Shown here in pieces: positions 44,288 through 51,864 of a stretch of DNA of 64,000 bases. This DNA comes from Candidatus Poribacteria bacterium. Its GTDB lineage: Bacteria; Poribacteria; WGA-4E; GCA-2687025. The stretch is taken from assembly GCA_963665845.2 (NCBI GenBank), contig OY762492.1:1280001-1344000 (forward strand), read 5' to 3'. The position numbers and the translations under genes are program-made. The notes below the pieces were generated by a model. The model ran no database searches. It saw only the letters and a list, made by a program, of their open reading frames with translations, and was not told the origin of the DNA. Positions within the stretch are counted from its first letter, which is position 1; every line of letters starts with the position of its first letter.

Positions 44288-46741
44288 TCAAGATCGGCTC
44301 CGAGAAGTCGCCGACGATCTTGGCGGGGAGGGGTCCTCTAAACCTTCCGCTATCCGCACAACTCTGCGCAGTTGCTCCGTAAGCGGCGTGTAATCTTGAA
44401 CAAACCTTGTCGAAAGCGACACCAGCTGACTCGCAAGTGAATTGAGCGCTTTGGTAAGCTCTTCGCCGAGCGCATTGTCCAGCTCCTCCGTCTGCTTCGC
44501 CATGTTTTCGCCTGCCGTTCTGACGAATTCCGCTATATGGTTGCTCATCTGCGTTGCGGATTCTGTGACGCGCCGGTTCATGGCATTGTGAGCTTGCTCA
44601 ATCCGTTGGCTTGTGTTGTTGACGCTGAGCAGAGCTTCGGCGGCGGCGCTTGAGATGGATCCGCTAGCGTTCTGGACGCTTTCGCTCATCTCGGCTTGAA
44701 CTCTCTGAAATTCCGTTATCAGCTCCATCTGGCTTTTCATGTTTTCAAGCGCATCCGCGGCGGCGCTGACAAATCCATTGACAGCGGCTTTGATCTGTTC
44801 ATTGACAGTCTCTTGGGTTTGCGCGATTTGATACCGCTGGTTCGCCATACTTGCGAACGCGCTGTCCGCGGCGTTTTTGAATCCGTCCGCGGTCGCTTCG
44901 ATTTGTGCGTTCACGTTCGTTTGCGTCTGTTCGATCTGCGTTCGCTGGTTTTCCATGCTCGTCAGCGCCGTTTGAGTCGATTTCTCAAATCCAGCCGCTG
45001 TTTGCTCAATGCGGCTTTGCTGCGTTTTCAGACCCTCAACCGACGCTTCAGCGGCGTCCTTGAATCCATCCGCCGCTTCTTGTATCTGCGCATTCACACC
45101 CTGCTGAAACGACTGCATCTGATTTCTCTGCTGACTCATGCTGTCAAGCGACGCCGCAACCGATTGTTGAAAATCTGCCGCCGTTTGCTTTACTCCTGCA
45201 TTGACGGCATCTTGATTTTCTTTAATTCGTTCGCGCTGCTTGTCCATACTCTCAACCGACGCATCAACCGATTTTTTGAATTCGTCTGCGGCATTCGTCA
45301 CCCCCGAGTTGACGATCTCTTGATTCTTTTCAATCAGTTCGCGCTGACCATCCATGCTCGCCAATGACGCATCAACCGAATTCTTGAAGCCAGCCGCTGT
45401 CTCCTGTATCTGCGCGCCAACCTGCTTCTGGTTTTCCGCCATCAACGTCTGCTGTTCCTCCAGGCTCGTTTTCAGTTGGGCGTTCACCTGTTCCTGATTC
45501 TTTTCCAGCTGACCAGCTTGATTCTTGATACTTTCCAACGCGGCGCCGGCGGATTCCGTAAACCCGTTCGCCGTTTCCTGTATCTGCGCGCCGACCTGCT
45601 TCTGGTTTTCAGCCATCAATGTCTGCTGTTCCTCCAGGCTGGTTTTCAGTTGGGCGTTCACCTGCGCCTGATTCTTTTCCAGCTGGTCAGCTTGATTCTC
45701 GATACTTTTCATTGCGGCGCCGGCGGATTCCGTAAATCCATTCGCCGTTGTCGTCAGCCCGCTTGTGATCTGCTCAATGTTCTGCTGTATCGATGGGAAG
45801 GCGCTTTCCGCCCGTTCGCCGAGATTCGCCAGCGCCGCAAGATGCGCGTTCATCGCCTCGTTGCGCGCGCTTAGATCGCCCAGCGCCTCGTCTAGCCGGT
45901 CGGCGACGCCCGCAAACGTCTCGCTCCGCTCAACGACGACTCCCATCGACTCCTTACAGCTCTCCAGCGCCTCCATCGACTGCCGCAGCTGCCCGACCAT
46001 CGCCTCCACCTGCTCCTTGTAGTTTTCCTGCCAAGTGAGCAGCTGCCCGACCGCTTCATTGAGCTGCTTGAAGTTGTCGCCGAACTGCTCATTGATTTTG
46101 GCGTTGAAATCGCGCATCACCTCCTCCAGCGCCTCAATGAGCGCCTTGGAGTTGTTCTCCGCCATCGATTCGGCAAACTCCCGAAATTCCTTGATGAGAT
46201 CGTCCTGCTTGTCGGAAAAGGTTGTGCGCATCTTCTGCATCTGCGTCAACAGGGTTGTGTCGCCTTCACCGGTCAGGGCGCGCTCCACCGCCCCGATCTT
46301 GTTTAAAAGCGTCGACTCGCCCTCTCCCGTGACCGCATTCGCGACCGCCGCCGTGTTTTCGTTGATTTCCTGAAAGCCGTTCTTCAGTAGATCGGCAAGC
46401 GTGTCAAGCGTGGCGCCTTCCGTCGCCTGTCCCTCTGTCTTGCCCCGCCCCGAGATCTTGCCCAGAAAGAATCCTCTCAGTACGACTGCAGTAAGAATTC
46501 CAGCTACGGAGGTGATGAACGCAGTACTGAGACCCTCCAGCAGACCAGGTATGCTGCCGTTGATGTCCGCTACGTCGAATCCCCGTAGCCCGTACAGGAT
46601 TCCTCCGAAGGTTCCGAGAATGCCTAAGACCGTCGCAAAGTTGGGAATGGACGCTCTGTGAGGATTCCCCCGCAGCCGAATCGCAAGGATGATTGAAACA
46701 ACGATGATGAACGCGCTATACGCCAGCGCTAAGTTCAGCAT
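44288..46741 (-). CDS. zorA: ZorA (copy 1, 817 aa) with repeat-expanded tail
   Basis: LGILGTFGGI, GLSTAFITSVAG, FNAKINEQFGDNFKQLNEAV..L..WQENYK, C-terminal FVQDYTPLT. Confidence 0.9.
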   Translation of the reverse strand: MLNLALAYSAFIIVVSIILAIRLRGNPHRASIPNFATVLGILGTFGGILYGLRGFDVADINGSIPGLLEGLSTAFITSVAGILTAVVLRGFFLGKISGRGKTEGQATEGATLDTLADLLKNGFQEINENTAAVANAVTGEGESTLLNKIGAVERALTGEGDTTLLTQMQKMRTTFSDKQDDLIKEFREFAESMAENNSKALIEALEEVMRDFNAKINEQFGDNFKQLNEAVGQLLTWQENYKEQVEAMVGQLRQSMEALESCKESMGVVVERSETFAGVADRLDEALGDLSARNEAMNAHLAALANLGERAESAFPSIQQNIEQITSGLTTTANGFTESAGAAMKSIENQADQLEKNQAQVNAQLKTSLEEQQTLMAENQKQVGAQIQETANGFTESAGAALESIKNQAGQLEKNQEQVNAQLKTSLEEQQTLMAENQKQVGAQIQETAAGFKNSVDASLASMDGQRELIEKNQEIVNSGVTNAADEFKKSVDASVESMDKQRERIKENQDAVNAGVKQTAADFQQSVAASLDSMSQQRNQMQSFQQGVNAQIQEAADGFKDAAEASVEGLKTQQSRIEQTAAGFEKSTQTALTSMENQRTQIEQTQTNVNAQIEATADGFKNAADSAFASMANQRYQIAQTQETVNEQIKAAVNGFVSAAADALENMKSQMELITEFQRVQAEMSESVQNASGSISSAAAEALLSVNNTSQRIEQAHNAMNRRVTESATQMSNHIAEFVRTAGENMAKQTEELDNALGEELTKALNSLASQLVSLSTRFVQDYTPLTEQLRRVVRIAEGLEDPSPPRSSATSRSRS
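45402..45749. repeat. 174-bp tandem duplication inside zorA1, adjacent to degenerate 108-bp units
   Basis: TCCTGTATCTGCGCGCC... starts at 45402 and 45576; the 58-aa unit occurs twice. Confidence 0.9.
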
Positions 46742-46774
46742 TGAAATCTTCTCCGAATGTAAGGTTAAGTTTAA

Positions 46775-46803
46775 AGTTTAGCGTTAAACGCTGTCGGCGT
46801 CAA
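46775..46803 (-). promoter_or_regulatory. Putative sigma70 promoter of the Zorya-like operon
   Basis: TTGACG-N17-TAAACT on the minus strand, with GGAG RBS before zorA1. Confidence 0.65.
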
Positions 46804-46857
46804 GGGTAACGGGCTGATGTTGACGCAATGCGAACGCGGACGGTTTCCGCGCAGGAA

Positions 46858-49800
46858 TTACGAGGCGGGGGAGCGCGGCGCCTTCAAAACGACCCCCCAT
46901 TCGCCCAAAGCCCAGACCGCCGCGCCGTCTTCCGACACGGCTAAAAAGCGCAGGGCGTATTGGACAGGGGAGCGCAGTTTCTGCCATGTCTCTCCGCCGT
47001 CCGTTGTATGGAGAATGACGCCGTCGTTTCCGACCGCATACGCCTCCTTCTCCGACAGCGCCTCAACCCAGTTCAAGTCGCTTGAGAGACCGCTCTTCTG
47101 CTTTGTCCATGCGGCGCCGATGTCTTCCGTCCGCAGAATGATTCCGTATTGCCCGACCGCCCATCCGACGCGGGGCGACGCGGCGCAAACGCTGTTCAAG
47201 GAGTATGCCGTGCCGCTCTCCTGGTCTCGCCAGCGCGTTCCGCCGGAGGAGCTGTGCAGCATGATGCCGCGCGAACCCGCGATCCATCCGTAGCCGAACC
47301 GGTCGAGGTGAACGGAGCGCAGGTCGTATCCTTCGCCTTTCATCTGCCGTTCCCATTCGGGTCCGCCGTCTGGGTTATGGACGATGACGCCGCCCTGTCC
47401 GACCGCCCAGGTTTCGCCGAAGCCGGACATGAACCCGCCGTTGAGTCGGACGCGCCCCTGCAGCGGCTCCGATTCCAGCGGCGTCCATCCGAAGCCGTCT
47501 TCGGTGAAGAGATGCGACCCGGCGGCGTCCAACGCCCATCCGAAACCGCGCCCTTTGCTTGCCCAGTGCATGGCGATGATGCTGGGTCCGCCGCTTTTCT
47601 GCTCTGTCCATGTTTGTCCGCCGTCTGCCGTGTGGATAATCAGCCCGTCTTCGCCTGCCGCCCATCCTTCGTCTGTCGACAGAAACCGACCCGCGCCGAG
47701 AGCCTGCGGCGAGCTTTCAACGAGCGTATCCCATGACGCGCCGCCGTCCGTCGTTTTATAGAGCCGCCCGCCTTCTGCCGCCCAGCCTTGCGAGGGCGAC
47801 AGAAAATAGGTCGACGCAAAACGCTCCGTCCCGGCGGGCGACCAGCTCTGCCCTCCGTTCAGCGTGAAATAGGCGCGCCCCTGACGCTGCGCCGCCCATG
47901 CGGTCTGTTCATCCAAGACGCGCGCCTTCTGCATGCCGAGCAGGCGGCGCCTTCCTCCCGACTCCCAGGTCTCTCCGTCCCTTGTGATGAGCGTCTCTCC
48001 GCTGGATGAGATCGTCATTCCGTTCGTTGGGGTAAAGAAGAGTATTGCCGCCGGCGTCTGCGCAGGTTTTGCCTGTATCGCCCAGGTTTCGCCGCCGTCG
48101 CGCGTGTGGAGAATGAAGCCGCCTTCGCCTCTCTGCGGGGCGACCGCCCATCCATGCGTCGGCGAGACGAAAAAGAGCGTTCGGACCGCCGCGTTCGTCG
48201 CCGCGGTGTCCTTATGGAGCCATGTTTGTCCGCCGTCGTTGGTGCGCAGGATCGTCCCATGCCCTGCGCTGATCCAGGCATGCCGCGCGTCTAAAACGAA
48301 CAGGTCGGTGAAACGCTGGCGCGCCGAGGAGTTTTGATATTCCCATGTTTCGCCGCCGTCTTTGGTGGCGAGTATCGTTCCTTCGCCGCCGATCGCCCAG
48401 CCATGCATATCGTCCGCGAAGGCGACGCGGGTCAAGCGGTTCTGGACGCCCGATTCGCGCGGCTCCCAGGTCTTTCCGCCGTCGTTCGTCAAGGCGATCA
48501 TGCCGTTCAAGCCGACGGCGGCGCCGCGCGTCTCGTTGGCAAAGGCGACGTCCAGAAACTGGGTCGGCCATGCGCTGACGCGGACAACCTCCCAGCCCGC
48601 CTCCAGTTCGGGTACGCGCGGCGGCTCTTCGACGGTTGGGCGCGTCTGCGCGATCACATCGTCCAGCGTCCCCTGGTCAGGTTTGATGTCGGGCGTGTAG
48701 CGGATGACGATTCCGCCCTGTCCGACCGCGACGACGCCTTGGGAGGAGACGGCAAAATCGAGCAGATCGTTCTCGGAGCCGCTTTCGTTTTGAATCCATA
48801 TTTCGCCGCCGTTGACGGTGGTCAGAAGCATGCCGTCGTCCCCGATCGCCATCCCCCAATACTCGTTCAGGAAGAAGACGCGGTTTAGGTTCGTGAGCGT
48901 TCCGCTGGCTTGAAACGCCCATGTGTCGCCGCCGTCTTTAGTGTGCAGTATTTCGCCTTCCTGCCCGACGATCCATCCGACATTTTGGTTCACAAAATGC
49001 AAGCCGTAGAGTTCGTTGAAGGTGCCGCTGTCCTGCCGTTCCCAGGTCAGCCCGCCGTCCTGTGTGCGGTAGACGATGCCCGGCCATCCGACGATCCAGC
49101 CATGGTTTTGGTCAAGAAAGAAAACAGCGGTGAGCGTTTGAAACTCGAACGGCTTCTGGTTCGCCCAGTTGCGCCCGCCGTCCTTGGTGTAGATGATGGT
49201 GCCGAGATCGCCGACCGCCCAGCCGCGGTTCGCGTCTAAAAAGAAAACGCCGTTCAGTTGGAACCCCATGCCGCCTGTTTGGTAACGCCATGTTTTTCCG
49301 CCGTCTACGGTGTTCATGACGATGCCGCGTTCGCCGACCGCCCAGCCGCGCAGTTCGTCGATGAAGGCGACGCTTTTGAGCGTGTCGACCTGCCCCGTTT
49401 TCTGTTCCACCCATGTTTTTCCGCCGTCTTCGGAAGTGAGCAGCGTCCCGCCCGTTCCGACGGCGATGGCGCGTTCGTCCGACACAAATTCAACCGATTC
49501 AAGATGGTGCGCCATGACGGCTCCGCTGACCGTGTTCCAGGTTTTCCCGCCGTCTTCAGAGTGGAGAATGACGCCGTACCATCCGCATGCCCATGCTTCG
49601 TTTTTGGAGACGAATTGAATGTCGGTCAGGTTTGTTTGATAGCCGCTGTTGCGGAGCGTCCATGTGTCGCCGCCGTCGTCGGTTTGGGAGATATGTCCGC
49701 CGTTTGCGACGGCGGCGCCGTTTCGGTCGTCCCAGAAGTCGATGCCGTTGACCGAGAAGCGCACATGGTCGGTGAACGGGATTCGGCTGTCTTGGCGTTC

Positions 49801-50499
49801 CCAGCTGCCGCCGCCGTTGACTGTTTTGAAGATGGAGCCGTCCGTTCCGCAGATCCAGCCGACCCGCTCGTTGTAGAAATCGGCGCGGTGGTAGTTGTTG
49901 AGAAGCCGATCTTCCATGCCTTCGTGTCGGGTTGTGAGCGGCGCCCAGGACTGTCCCCCGTCCAGCGTTTTCAGCAGAACCTCCATGTCGCCCATGGCGT
50001 ATCCGATCTGTTTGGTGACGAATTCGGCGTCGTTGAGCGGGTATTCGGCGCCGCTGGGGACGCGCCCCCATTCTTCGCCTGCGGTTTCGCTGGCGTAGAT
50101 GTCCCATGTTTCGCCGACCGCATAGACCGTGTTTCGGTCGGTGTAATGGGCGCCGCGCAGGATCGCGCGCGTTGGAAAGTTTGCCCGTTTCCATTGCTTT
50201 CCGCCGTCGGTTGTGTAGACGGCGGTTCCGAGTTCGCCGACCGCGAATCCGCGCAGCTGGTCGTAAAAATGGATGTCGTACAGTTCTCGGTTGACGCCGC
50301 TGTCCTGCCGTTCCCAGGTCTGTCCGCCGTCGGAGGTGTGGGCGATCATGCCGCCGGAGCCGACGAACCATCCGCGTTGGGCGTCCACGAAGGAGAGGGC
50401 GCGGAAGTCGGTTTCCCAGTCCGCTTTTCGAACAACCTCGTGGCGCGCGCATCCGAGTATGCATACGGCGGCGGCAATCAAGGCGCAGTGTCTCAACAT
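46858..50499 (-). CDS. YCF48/BNR-repeat multi-beta-propeller lipoprotein
   Basis: ILGC lipobox; more than 20 (S/T)xDGGxTW Asp-box repeats with GW.VG..G blades. Confidence 0.9.
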   Translation of the reverse strand: MLRHCALIAAAVCILGCARHEVVRKADWETDFRALSFVDAQRGWFVGSGGMIAHTSDGGQTWERQDSGVNRELYDIHFYDQLRGFAVGELGTAVYTTDGGKQWKRANFPTRAILRGAHYTDRNTVYAVGETWDIYASETAGEEWGRVPSGAEYPLNDAEFVTKQIGYAMGDMEVLLKTLDGGQSWAPLTTRHEGMEDRLLNNYHRADFYNERVGWICGTDGSIFKTVNGGGSWERQDSRIPFTDHVRFSVNGIDFWDDRNGAAVANGGHISQTDDGGDTWTLRNSGYQTNLTDIQFVSKNEAWACGWYGVILHSEDGGKTWNTVSGAVMAHHLESVEFVSDERAIAVGTGGTLLTSEDGGKTWVEQKTGQVDTLKSVAFIDELRGWAVGERGIVMNTVDGGKTWRYQTGGMGFQLNGVFFLDANRGWAVGDLGTIIYTKDGGRNWANQKPFEFQTLTAVFFLDQNHGWIVGWPGIVYRTQDGGLTWERQDSGTFNELYGLHFVNQNVGWIVGQEGEILHTKDGGDTWAFQASGTLTNLNRVFFLNEYWGMAIGDDGMLLTTVNGGEIWIQNESGSENDLLDFAVSSQGVVAVGQGGIVIRYTPDIKPDQGTLDDVIAQTRPTVEEPPRVPELEAGWEVVRVSAWPTQFLDVAFANETRGAAVGLNGMIALTNDGGKTWEPRESGVQNRLTRVAFADDMHGWAIGGEGTILATKDGGETWEYQNSSARQRFTDLFVLDARHAWISAGHGTILRTNDGGQTWLHKDTAATNAAVRTLFFVSPTHGWAVAPQRGEGGFILHTRDGGETWAIQAKPAQTPAAILFFTPTNGMTISSSGETLITRDGETWESGGRRRLLGMQKARVLDEQTAWAAQRQGRAYFTLNGGQSWSPAGTERFASTYFLSPSQGWAAEGGRLYKTTDGGASWDTLVESSPQALGAGRFLSTDEGWAAGEDGLIIHTADGGQTWTEQKSGGPSIIAMHWASKGRGFGWALDAAGSHLFTEDGFGWTPLESEPLQGRVRLNGGFMSGFGETWAVGQGGVIVHNPDGGPEWERQMKGEGYDLRSVHLDRFGYGWIAGSRGIMLHSSSGGTRWRDQESGTAYSLNSVCAASPRVGWAVGQYGIILRTEDIGAAWTKQKSGLSSDLNWVEALSEKEAYAVGNDGVILHTTDGGETWQKLRSPVQYALRFLAVSEDGAAVWALGEWGVVLKAPRSPAS

Positions 50500-50591
50500 A
50501 GGGTGTCGCCTTCTAAGTTGAAGTGAGCAGCGTCCATGATCGGACGTCTTTTAATTAGCGCCTTTATGGACAGAAGGCAAGCGGCCGCCAT

Positions 50592-50857
50592 CCGACCTGA
50601 TATCTTTAGTTGGGACATGCCGGGGTAGTACGCTCATACGAGGATATTCGCGGCGCCGCGTCCGATTCCCCCTTGAAAGGGGTTAAGGGTGTTTAAAGCG
50701 CGGGCGTTGCGACTGTTAAGATTCCCGCTTACGCGGGAATGACAGGATGGGGGCTTGGAATGACGCCGTTTTCACGGGGGCAGGCTATGGGGGGCGCGGG
50801 AATGCATGTCCTCGCGGAAGCGGGGAACCCCGTTTTCACGGGGGCAGGCTATGGGGG
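50592..50857. repeat. Mosaic intergenic repeat region
   Basis: CCGACC-N10-AGTTGGGACAT, REP at 50719-50743, a 28-bp direct repeat at 50766 and 50830, CCCC/GGGG repeat. Confidence 0.75.
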
Positions 50858-50862
50858 CCGCC

Positions 50863-51864
50863 CTACTCTTTGATAAAGTCGGAGCGCTTCCAGGTGGTGA
50901 AATCGCCGGCGCTCCATCGCGACAGCTCCACATAAAAAAGCGAGTCGGAAGACCGCGCCGCGTAATTCTCCTCCTCCTCCGTTTTCCGTCCGATTCGAAT
51001 AGTGCGCGTTTCCGTTTCGATTTCCTTCTCCGCCGTATCTTCAGACGCCTCCTCGTTGGACGCGCCCGTCTCAACGGCGATCTCTAGCGAGACGACCGCC
51101 GCGGGATTGCTGAACCCGTATTCAGGTTTCTCCTCTTTGCCGAGCGGCTTCGTCATGCGCATCGGCGACAGGCGGTTCAACAGCGTCGACATCTTCGCAT
51201 CGTCGAACGTTTCATTGGAGCGGAGACCTTTTAGGGTCCAAGCGTCTGCCTCCCCGCGTTCAAAGACGATCCGCCCCTCGTCGTTTTTGAGCGCGATTGT
51301 CTGTAAGGCGTCTTTGTCCACCTTAAAATACTCCGTATCGACCCAAGAGGACATATCGGTTCCCGCCTGCCAGCTGGACAGATCGTCCGCGATATAGGTT
51401 TCGTTCTCGCCCTCCAGGCGCGCATGCGCCGACCGCGCCCCAAACGCGGAGCCGATGTAGAGCGTCTTTGTTTTGCCGTCCGCTTCGATGGACGCTTTGC
51501 GTTCAAACTCGTTTTCCGCCACTTTCAACTGCTTATGGCTTTTCTTTGTGCGCGCGATGAGCTGTTTTTTGACGATCCCGGCAATCTTGTCTAAGAATTC
51601 GCCCGCTTTGCCGCTGTCGACGGGGAAGTTGTCCGCGTCCGGCAAGACCCACTCGCCGTTCTCTTTGGCGAATGCGACCGCATTGCCTTCGCTGTCCTCA
51701 ATCGTCACCCGCTCCGCCTTTTCCCGAATGCCAGGGAGAAGAGGCTCGCTCGCCGCCTCGGACGATCCGCCGCGCGGCCAGTAGACGACCGCGATCAACA
51801 GCGCCTGAACGAGAACGGCTCCGATGAGTATCTGAAAACGCCGCCCCTTGAGATAAAACCTCAT
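50863..51864 (-). CDS. DUF4340-like protein associated with the Gld-type ABC system
   Basis: N-terminal TM anchor; duplicated W...D..K...L..L / L.IG pattern; follows gldG. Confidence 0.75.
   Translation of the reverse strand: MRFYLKGRRFQILIGAVLVQALLIAVVYWPRGGSSEAASEPLLPGIREKAERVTIEDSEGNAVAFAKENGEWVLPDADNFPVDSGKAGEFLDKIAGIVKKQLIARTKKSHKQLKVAENEFERKASIEADGKTKTLYIGSAFGARSAHARLEGENETYIADDLSSWQAGTDMSSWVDTEYFKVDKDALQTIALKNDEGRIVFERGEADAWTLKGLRSNETFDDAKMSTLLNRLSPMRMTKPLGKEEKPEYGFSNPAAVVSLEIAVETGASNEEASEDTAEKEIETETRTIRIGRKTEEEENYAARSSDSLFYVELSRWSAGDFTTWKRSDFIKE

Noticed and set aside
36798-46741. Flagellar MotAB, TolQR/ExbBD or chemoreceptor interpretation
   Set aside because: No flagellar or TonB genes nearby. 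Long tails, the WISISD/EGHTSSEW ZorB pattern and the adjacent HNH gene fit Zorya better.
19426-46741. Prophage or integrative element carrying the defence genes
   Set aside because: No integrase, transposase, phage genes or att-like direct repeats seen. selD lies between the two defence blocks.
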